From Guillardia theta CCMP2712 (taxonomy: Eukaryota > Protista > Cryptophyta): a stretch of 64,000 bases of DNA. Where the stretch lies: assembly GCF_000315625.1 (NCBI RefSeq), contig NW_005434662.1, positions 278,307-342,306 of the forward strand, written 5' to 3'. The position numbers were made by a program, and so were the translations under genes. Each line of letters starts with the position of its first letter. The first letter of the stretch is position 1. The notes under the pieces were generated by a model. It did no database searches. It saw only the letters and a list, made by a program, of their open reading frames with translations, and was not told the origin of the DNA. Positions 1-9,885 of this stretch are shown piece by piece.

Positions 1-677
1 GAATGATCACAGGAAAGCTGGAATATGATAGATACCGTGAAGGCAGAAACGTTCTCCAGGGCAAGGGACCCAGATGATGAGGGGATGAGAGAGCGAGAAA
101 TGGAAGGAGGGAGGGGACCGAGTTTGAGAGGAAGAGAGACAGAGAGGGAGGGAGGAAGCGATCACGAGATCTGCTACAAGTTGACTTCACTTCGCAAACG
201 CTGCATGCAGTTGGCTCTCCTTGCGGTTCATACCTCCATGGCAGGGGCTGAAGTCAATCCTCGGCCAGGTTTCAGGGGCCAACTCAATCGAGGGAACAAT
301 CATTTCATTTATATTTCAAATTAAAAACAATAATATTGAAACACTGATGAAATTTGTCCTTTTCCGTTATAGTCAATTTCGTGGGGACATTCGATCACCC
401 CTGCTAATTGTACTCAAATCAGGTCAAATTAGGGGGTTGGGGTGGTCGCCTCAGTTTGAGCCCTTTCATTGACTATAAGGATTTTAAATTGACTATAAGA
501 CCAAGACAGCCCCGGCCGGGCCTGGGCGAGTACTTCGGAAGGGCCAGGATTCACGTACTGAGGCCTGAACTATAAACTCAAAATCAAATTTTACTTTCAT
601 TTTTCAAACAATGATATTGAATTTTCACGACAGAAACCGAAAAGGATATCCGCATACGGGGGGTTGGGGGGGTGAAT

Positions 678-686
678 GGCGGGAAA
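678..686 (-). promoter_or_regulatory. Candidate E2F/DP site (TTTCCCGCC) ~380 bp upstream of the Treslin ATG
   Basis: GGCGGGAAA on + reads TTTCCCGCC on -, the canonical E2F consensus. Replication-initiation genes are typical E2F targets. The same 9-mer occurs at 27370-27378 before the mTERF gene, so specificity is uncertain. Confidence 0.45.
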
Positions 687-1058
687 TTCCGTCGCACATG
701 GCGAACGAGGGGCACGATAAGAACGAGTACATGGCACATGGGGAGGAACATAAACCAATGAGGGCAGCAGAACTCTTGTGTGCTGTTGTGTTGAGCAGGA
801 GATGAAGATTCTGTGATGATGATGAAGAGGAGCTGAATGGGAAGAACCAGGATAAGGGGATTGTTGACCTAGGACGAGGAAGTAGTTGAGAACAAGGAGG
901 TTCTGTTTTGTGGCAGAGAGCAAACGAGGAGGGGATTTGACTGTCACGATAGGAAAGGAGTCGCCTTCTCCACTTACATCGCACACTGCCGAATCATGGG
1001 GCGGAGGATAGGTAAAATGGCAACAACCCGCTAGTACACGTGGGCCGGTCGACGACAG

Positions 1059-4000
1059 ATGGACTCTGGCCTGCAGACTGTGTTTGTGATAGATTCCGAT
1101 TGCTTTCAAGAGAGAACTTTGAGCGAGAAGTAAGGGCAGACTTCGCTGCTGTTTCCTCTGTTATGCATCTGGATTGATTGCGTGACCTTGTTAGGTCTAT
1201 TGTGCTCTCCCTCCTTCGGATCCTGCGATATTACAGAACCCATGGAAATCACGTTAGGTGAGAGCTCTGATTCTTCCTTTATGTTACAATCTCAATCGAG
1301 ACATGCTGCGTTTCTCCCGGTCAAGGATCGTCTTCGTTCATGACCAGGTTTCTGTCAGGTGGGGCTACTCCTTGTTCTCGTCGACAAGACACTGTTCGCC
1401 AAGCGAGTTCCTTCCCGGGCGGAAGCCGCAGAAGCTTAACCTTGACTCGACTGAAGTCGCGAGCGTAAAAGCACAGATCGAGGATGCGCTCAAGTCTGTC
1501 AAGAGATGCTATGAGGACACATCAGTGGCTCTCAACACGTCGGCCCACTCGAGCGACAGTTTGCGGGAGGTTTTCACTACGTTGAAGGTAGTCCTCGGCG
1601 ATTTCGAGTGGAGCTCGTCTGTGGAGAACAAGAATGACAGGTATCGCGTTATTGCAGTCGGCAGAGTATCACTGTTTTGCGCAGGAGGTACAAGTTTTCC
1701 AACAAACAAGAAGCTGTGCTATCGCAACAACCGATCCGCTCCAAGGCGAATAAGCTGCACAACGTGTTCTTGTTCACGACACGCCGATTCTCTCATTCGG
1801 AATCGGAGATGGAAAGTCTGCTGAATGACCTGAACTCTTCTGCCGTCAGGAAAGCATACAGGTCCAAGAACATTGCGTTGCATTGGGTAGATACGTGTTA
1901 CGGTCGTGAGGCTGAATCTCGGAAATGCGATGCTATCTGCAGTTTCTTGCGCTATACAGGTGGGGCAACATACCATATTGGCCAACTCTTGCAATCTTCG
2001 AGAGTTCTACCCTTCGATCTTGTCTTCGAATCTCTCTGTGATGGCAAGATTCAACAAGACTGCTCCCAGTCCAGTACAACACTGATCTACAACGGTCTGG
2101 CCGATGATGTCAAGCGCATTGTTGATGGAGGGATCATGGTGGACATCAAGGAGGGTTTCGGGACTGCGAGCTCCGATGGTTCAGCAGAGAGCAGTCATGA
2201 TGAGTCTTCATCGCCGGCCCTGACTTTGAACCGATTTTTTGGGCGCTCGGTGGAATGTAGACTGGTGGTGGAAAAGGCGATCGATCGCTTGAAGTTTCCG
2301 TACGAGCTTCTGGAGAGCGAAATGTACATAGTCAGAGAATGTAACACTACACTTGATCCGGCTTCGTCAAATTCTGAACCTAGCCATATGAATTCCAAGT
2401 TCTTGCAGGTATGCCGGCAGATTTTCTCATCGGCGGGTTGACAGCTTGTTCCAGCTGATGGTCAACTTGCAAATAACGAATAGAATCTTGCTTGCACAGC
2501 TCTTCAGCGGCACTGAAACGATGCACTGTTTGCTGTACCCGATCAAGATGAATCTTGGTGGGTTTCAGCAAGTCAACATGAAAGATCCGACGGTAGCTTA
2601 CACCATCTATACTTTTGTGAGCGATGAACCTTAGTCCAGATTCTCGATCAATTCACAGAAGATTGTGTGACTGTTGGCAACGCTCTTCAACGAAATACAA
2701 GTGAGCAAGCTGTTTTTAAGTTCGACCTCCTAGTTTCCCTTTTGTTTCGATTTTGTGTCTTGTTTTTCGTCAATCGAATGGTTGACATCCGGTTGCAGCG
2801 GCGACTTTGAACGAACAAGTCAACACTGTCTTTCGTCTCAATCAGGCAGAATTTCTAGAATACCAGAGCTGCCGGTGAAGCGAGATGAGATTTAAGGCCG
2901 TCGCTGACCCAGCTTGCCTATTGCCATCCAGTGCTGCTGAAGATAGTCGAAGGCAACGAATCGAAATGTTGAAAGAGAAAGTTTCCAAGTCTCCAATGAA
3001 AGAACATGGAAACACAGGTCACAGGCTGACATATATTCAAGGCCAGTGCTTACTCAATCATGCAGGGACTGTACAGATTGCACAACAAAAGGAGGATATG
3101 AGTGCTGAAATGATCTTCGACGAACTGGACAAAGTCTTTAAGATGCAAGTTGAAGATTTTAGCAGCCGGAAGCCAAACTGCCTCCTTCGAGAGGTGCCTC
3201 ATTAATTTCCGTTCAACTTACCTTGCGTTTTGTCCTCTACTTACACTTTCCTTCCATCCTCCTGCCTCCTTGTTCTTCCTGAAATGTTGGAAACGCGCCT
3301 GAAATGCAATTTCCAGATCCTTCCAAGCGCTATCGAGCAGTTAGTCAAGAGCTCCTTGACAGACATCGAGGCAAAGACGCAAGTCTTGAAGCACGTCTGC
3401 ACCAAGTGGATCGTGAAACCGAAGGAATGGAACACCCTCAAGGTTGCAAACAATCAGGAGGCAGAGAAGAGAAGGTTCGAACTGCAGGCCCTTCTTCGCC
3501 TAGAGGTCCCTCTCTTGCGCGCTGGCCTTGGGGAGGCTGCAGAGTTCGATCCCATCCCAGACTCACAGCTAGACAACGTCAAGGCCCTGATGAGCAAGAT
3601 CTTTGTACATATGAACGATGAGATGCGACGTAGATACTGCCGAGAGGTTTCCTCGCAAACTCTCTTCCTCTGTTTCTAATAGGCTCCCTCCAGGTTCTCT
3701 GCGAACTGTTCGGTCAGTCTCTGCCCATCACCTTGGAGAAGCTCTGTAGCTCGTTTGACATCGAGTTGTCCAGTCTGACGGCCGGAGAGGGTACGAATGG
3801 TGTCCAAGCTGAACCCGCTGCCCTGACTGCATCTGAGACGCTGACTCTTGGGGAACAAGCAGAGGAAATAGACTGTTCTAAAATCGTCCGTGGGTTGAAC
3901 AGCAGACATCCTGTTTCATCGAGCGATGGAAGGAAGCAGCAACTTAGCGTCAGGTTGGGTTCTAAACAGTTCAAAGCGAAGACGATAAAACCATCCAAGA

Positions 4001-5241
4001 GCAATGTCTTGGAACCGAGCAACGTGCGGGACAGCAGCAGGTTGACGAGGAGGAGCAACAGTGTCTCGGCCGCTACCTCGCTAGACTCGACAAGCTCACT
4101 GCTCGAGCAGCCTCGGAGGGTGAGTGTCAGTCTCGTTGAGAGGTATGCTCGGGAAGAGGACGGGGCTCAGCCCAAGATTCTCGACATGGTGACACAGCAA
4201 TCCTCGCATGCTGCCGTTCAGGCGAAGGATAACTGTAAGAGCCCCATTGCCCCCGCAGCTTCTCGCGTGCTCGTTCCGGAAACTCCTTGCAAGAAGGAAA
4301 CATTCAGCAGCCCTCAAGCTGTCCGAATGCCGCAACCTCCAGCAAGCGAGGCGACTCCCAAGCAAGACAAGAAGTGTGACGAGTCCTCTGTGCGCGTCCT
4401 AGTCCCCGAGACCCCCGTTACCAAGCAGTGCCAATATCGCAAGACTTTGACGTCAGGGAAGAAGCCAGTCAGCATCGCCAGCCTGGTGAGTGCTCCTTCT
4501 CTTCCATGCGACCTGTGATCATCTCCTCAGATGCAAATTGAGGAGAATGCGGGTGAGCCTGACTCTGGCTGTTCCTCAAGCTTGTCCCGCCCAACCCCTG
4601 ACGCTTCTGCTGCTGCTGATCCGCAGCTCGATCAGCTCAACCCCAGAATCATTGACTTTGCCGAGAAGAGCGATGAGGTTGTCGAGAACAAGAAGGGTGA
4701 GCAGGAAGAAACATGCAAGACGTCGAAGCGACCAGGCGGCGAGGGAGGCCGACGCAAGAGCAAGCGAACCAAGTGCAACCCTGCTAACATCTCAGAGGAT
4801 TCGATCAACGTGAATGATCTCGTTCTTGTTGCCTCTGAAAAAGTCTTGAGCAGACCCTCCAAGAGGGGTGCGAAGGCCGTGGCCTACTCCAAACACTCTC
4901 TCGCCAGGTGGCTCGGCCCCTTCCGTGTCCTCTCTGTGTCTCCCCAAGCTCAGAAGGTGGAGCTGGAACTGCCTGAGCTACTCCCCTTGTCGAGCAGCTG
5001 GGCCCCGCTGTCTGCCCTCGTCAAGTTTGACGCGGGAGTGTCGTTGAGGAACAGGCTGCAGGAGGGAGCAGCCAGGCAGGTGCTGGACAAGAAGAAGCAG
5101 AAACAGCGGGCTTGCGAGAGCTACCTGGTGCTGCGAGGAGAGGACGTGAAGACAGGATGCAGGTGGACAACGAGGGAGGAGCTCGAAGAAGAAGCCCCGA
5201 GGTTGCTTTTAATGTTCGAAAGAAGGCAAGAAAAGTTGTAA
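1059..5241 (+). CDS. TICRR: Treslin/TICRR (Sld3-like) replication initiation factor, multi-exon, with C-terminal retroelement-like SH3+chromo module
   Basis: Spliced N-terminus MDSGLQTVFVIDSD..SLLRILRYY..HVRWGYSLFSS resembles the Treslin vWA-like start (LLLDT..LRLLTYL..VHWAFKFFDS). NVFLFTT and IALHWVDT are Treslin-N-like. KRRFELQALLRLEV matches the Sld3/Treslin-domain motif (RECQLQVFLRLE). There are two VPETP CDK sites. Phase-0 intron 4486-4530 joins the last exon, which ends in TAA at 5241. Confidence 0.75.
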
Positions 5242-5371
5242 TTACAGACAGATCAAACAAGGCGAAGCATCAGGGCTATCTACTAGAAGTTTGGTGGTGG
5301 GTTCAGTTGTGCACAATAGTGACGACGGAGATGGTTATCGGCGAGCGCTCAGTATCGAGTCATAATGTGCC

Positions 5372-6100
5372 TCATTGCCATATGAAGTCTGCATCGTCGA
5401 ATTCAACCTCGCCAGGCTGCTCGTCCGCAAAGAACTGAGCATCGTCGAAAACGCACACGATCGGATCGTTGCTCTTGAGCTTCTTGCTCTGGTTGAACAG
5501 ATCTTCATCCCTGTTCTCCTCCACCTGTAGGCGCTTGTTGCCAGCAGCAGGAATGTCTTCGGACGAGCTCTCCAAGCTCGAGTTGAGCTTATCATACTCC
5601 ATCCACAGGAAGCGCCGGGCCTCCCGCCATTCCGCTGCCGTCACGGCTCGCCCCTTGTTCGCTCGCTGGAAGCAGTTCCAGGTGTCGTTGACTCCCCTCA
5701 GGAGCTCCAACGGATCTTTCGGCCATGGTTGGATCACACATTTCATGCTCTCACCGGTCATGCTGTTCTTGCGAACCATTGGATCGGCACCTTCAGTTCA
5801 AGGAGACGAGGAAGGGAGGGATTTGAAGCGACCAGCTCAATCTTGGGAGTGTGCCAACGGTACCAACCAACTACGTCGAGAGAGCCTCAAGATAATCCGC
5901 GTCTTCCCTGCAGAAGCGACGTCAGAGCAGACCATGGGGCACGTCACGAGAAGCGTTGGGGACGACATCAATGCGCACGAGCGCTTTCTCCGTCCCTCCT
6001 GTCCATTTACCCCCTTGCCTTGAGGGCAATCACACGCCTTGGGCAATCTTTTCACTTCCAGCCATCACTATCAGCCACCATCCAGCACCGTATATCTATC
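5372..6100 (-). CDS. Hypothetical protein (spliced; 5' end uncertain)
   Basis: The 135-aa last exon (ORF 5372-5779) has coding-like composition and an acidic tail; GT-AG signals lie upstream. No recognisable domain. Confidence 0.45.
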
Positions 6101-6379
6101 GCCTGCTCCTCTCACCACTTCGAATGGTCTCTTAGGATCTGACGCCACCTCAGCACCCTTCCCACTTCTTCTCTTCTCTACCTGCTCTTCCAAGCTCCCA
6201 TCTTCTCTGCTAGTCTCATCTGTCCCATCCCAACCTATCGTCTAGCCACCTTTCCTCACCTGATCTGGCGCGATCTAACTTTCAATCACCCGATCTAGCC
6301 CCTCCTCTCGCTTTTTTCTTTCAATCTCGTCTGATCTGATCCCAAAACCCATCACATCATACAATAAAGGTCAGATTAC

Positions 6380-6389
6380 GCCACGTGGC
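6380..6389. promoter_or_regulatory. Perfect G-box palindrome GCCACGTGGC in a divergent intergenic region
   Basis: 10-bp palindrome. CACGTG cores also occur upstream of genes at 1037-1042, 18417-18422, 24208-24213 and 27365-27370. Confidence 0.3.
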
Positions 6390-7191
6390 CTCTCCTCTCC
6401 TCTCCTCTCCTCTCCTCTCCTCTCCTCTCTCTTCTCCTTTTGTCTTTCCTCTGCCCCGCCATCTCTTGTTTTGTGAGAAATTTCCTTCATTTCCTCTTCC
6501 GATCTCCATGTTTGAAAAAATAATTTCTTTTTTCCTTCAAAAAAGAAATTTCTTCGCTCATTTATTGGAGGTGGGGGTAGAAAAAGTACCCACCATTTCA
6601 ACTACATATTTACTTTTTTTATGGGGGTGATAGTACTGATTGGTGTTTTGATGGTAGGGTAGTGTGTCGGATTCCAGGAGATTCAGATTATAAAAACACA
6701 TTTGGCTCGAAAAAATGCAAAAATGCATCGCTCAAGGGTATATCCACAAAAATGATATTTAAGAATTTAAAAACTCGCCTTTTTGATTTTAAAAGGTTTT
6801 CCCTGTCCCCCCAGGGCAGCTTAGAGTCACCTCTCCAAGAAGTCCGCCTCAGATAGAACTTATCAGAAGCGCCCGGATCTATCATCACGGATATCACTGA
6901 GACCCGGCCCGGCGGCCCGGCGGCCTCCGGGTTACAGTTTTAGTTAACTTTGAGTGGACTGTTGTGCCCGATGGCAACAGAGCCAGGGGAGTCGCGAGAG
7001 ATCATGGGCAGGAGCATGAGCAGGAGACGAGGAGGAGGTAGCAGATGCTTCATCCGAGACCAGCGACTGACTGCAGCTGCTGTCTTTGGTTGCTTCTCTC
7101 GTTCTCTCTACCAGGACTGAAATTGGCTCCATCCGCCGCAACCTTGCATCGGCAGGAAATCGTTTGCTGCTGAAGCAGGCTCTCGCTCGCA

Positions 7192-8874
7192 ATGATCATT
7201 TCTTGCCTTGCTCTCGGAAGCAGAGGTGATGTCGAGCCACTGCTGGCTCTGGCGGAGGGACTGCTTCTCAAGGAAAGTCTCCAGGACTTGAGCGTCAGGA
7301 TTGCTTGCAGGAACGAAATCTGGAACGACCTTGCAAGCTGCTCCCCTCCCCTGCCGCAAGTGTCTCACTTCCCCATCAGAAGCTGCTCGGTCGACATGGC
7401 GGTTGCGCTGCATGCAGAAAGACGAAGTCAAGAGCCTCCCAGCAAGGCGGTGGGCAGGGAGGATGTGAAGCGATTCGAAGAGGAGGAACGAGCGGAACTG
7501 CTTCAGGCCTGTCACGGGGCAGACGTGATTGTCTGCAATCTCTTCACATTGGAAGGATTTCACATCAGTGAGAAGATGCGCATCCCTTGTGTCATTGTCT
7601 CCCCGTGCCTGCCACCGAATCGAATGCCTGCCACGTTCGAGCGGCAGTTCATGGATGAATTCCCCCTCCTGTACAGGAAGCTCAAGGCGTCTGCGAGAGG
7701 CTTGGAGGATGAGGATGCGCTTTCACGGCCCGTCTGCTGGTCGGACGTGACCGCATGGATGTGGAGGGTGTTTCTCGATGACCATGGCACATGGCGCGAA
7801 CAATGCCTTGGGTTGCCGGCAATTCCGCTAGACAAGTTCGAGGAGGAGGGAGGAGAGCCGCTGCCGCAAGCTCCGCTCCTCCTGCTCACTGTCTCCCAGC
7901 GGCTGCTAGCTCTTGACGAGAGTGATCAGTTCCTTGCATGGAAGTCTTGCGCTCGATTTGTGGGGAATCAAGTGAGGGAAAGTTCAAAGTCCGTGGAGCT
8001 TGACAAGGAGCTGATGTCATTCCTGTCTTCAAGTCATTCATTGCAAGCGGGTGACAGGGTAGAGACGTCCGCCCCCTCAAGGACGGTGTGCGTGTGCTTC
8101 GGTTCCATGCCGAGCCTGGGGTTTCTTGAGAGTGCTGAAGAAAAAGATGTCGACAGTGCAGAAGCGTTTCTTGTCACGATCATGAGAGGCCTCAAGAGTT
8201 TGAATCTCAGATGCGTCTGGATGCTTCAAGGGTTCCATCCGACCATCAAGAGTAAGGTAAGCTACATCCCTTCCTGCTTTACACTGAAGTTGCCATGTGT
8301 GTGGCAGCTTGAACGAGCGGCAGGAGCTTGTGTTCACCACCACTTCTTCACTTTTGTTGCTCATCCCCATGCTCTCATCTTGCCACACTGTTTCGCCATG
8401 ATTCATCACGGGGGTGCTGGATCAGTTGCGGCTGCCATTCGGCATGGCTGTATGCACGTGAGGGACTGGCTGTTCGCTTCCTCTCCTCACACTTCTGCAG
8501 ATTGTCTTCCCCCTGACTTTCGACCAAATATACTGGGCAGTATTACTGGAAAGAGCAGGACTAGCGTGCAGAGCTCAACCGTGGCGTAGCGTTACTGATG
8601 AAAGCATAAAGTCTTCCTTGCAGTTTGCGATGGATCATTACGACATTCGTCTCGCCATGAAAGGAGGCCAAAGTTGACTCGTTCTTAGTACGCTGTCTGA
8701 CTGACTTCGTTGTTGTTAGCTGATGAGAAGGATTCTCCGCTTCTGCAATGGAAGATGGTGATAACTGACGATGCAAGGCTGCATTCTAAAACAGTCCGAA
8801 GGAGCTGCAGAAGGAAGAGGAATGTGGCCGAGAAAAGAGCACTGAATGGATGGAGCGAGTTTGTCGTCAAGTAG
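7192..8874 (+). CDS. Sterol 3-beta-glucosyltransferase-like glycosyltransferase (GT-B fold, UGT80/GT28-like); 3' end approximate
   Basis: N-terminal ALGSRGDVEPLLALA, central VCFGSM, and C-terminal PHALILPHCFAMIHHGGAGSVAAAIRHG followed after an intron by IVFPLTFDQIYWA (UDP-sugar-binding signature). Confidence 0.85.
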
Positions 8875-9885
8875 CAGCATCCAGCGAGTGAAGAAATCGG
8901 AGTACACGGCACCTGAAACCGTCAACAAAAACAATCCAGGAAAAAGGGAGGTACCAGTACCCGAGGTAAGACAACGGACAGAACGTTCTTGTTTTATTTT
9001 ACAGCAGATTGAATAGCTACAGGTGTTGGTATGAGTCGGTGACATTTGTGCATGTGGATGGACGTTCAGCTCGATGGAAGAGGCGAGAGAAGAGCGTTCG
9101 ATCGTCAACTCTGCCACCAAGATGCAACCAACCATCAGCATGTCTGTAACAATCATTCGACACACAGTCTGACAAACATAAGTTCTTTCATCATGGTCTC
9201 AATGACTGCTGCAGCAGAATCGCTGGAATCACATCAAGATCACATCGAGGTTTTAAAAAAGTCCAGCTAAAGACCTTGCCATTGACATTTAAAGACCTGT
9301 TCCCACTTGCTCCCTTTCTCACTTAATACCTCCTCATAGTCTGAGTCTGCAACCCCCCTCGATCACTCCTTGTCTATTGTGACATCGTCTCCTGCTCTAC
9401 TCTGCATGCTCCTCCCATCCCCCGTTGCTCCTTCCTCTCGTTGTTTCATTCCTGTAACACCGGCGACCTTCCTGTCTTATCTCCATATCCTTTTCTCAAA
9501 AAGAAACACCTTACCACCCCTACCTCTCCCGGAATTTCACCGGTCATTGTACTTCCTCGACCGTTGTTAGGCCCCATGGCTGCAGGTAGCAGCATGCCAG
9601 CCTTCAAGGCATGCTTCTACACCCCTCCTACCTCCTCCTCCTCTTCCTCCTCTTCCTCCTCCTCCCTCCCTCCTTCCTGCCTGTCGGCCACCTAAACTTC
9701 TACCACGACGTTGACCGGTATCTCCTTGACAGCTGCAACCAGAGCAGCAACAGCACAGGTCACAGTCAAACAGCCTCCCCTGCTCTCTTGCCCCCCAATC
9801 ACCAGCTCGTTCTTGGTCTTGCCAGCATGTCTGACTGAGTCTACGGCGATAAATCCTTCCTGCCGCTTCTCCTCTTGTCTCTGCG

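Noticed and set aside
242-403. CAGGGG...CCCCTG ends resembling hAT/MITE terminal inverted repeats
   Set aside because: The match is only ~6-9 nt and the flanks (CTCCATGG vs CTAATTGT) show no target-site duplication.
4790-5241. Intact LTR retrotransposon
   Set aside because: Only the integrase tail-like module is present; no gag, RT, RNaseH, DDE core or LTRs were seen.
8716-9270. Possible small gene between the glycosyltransferase and NCX
   Set aside because: No consistent spliced frame or domain could be established.
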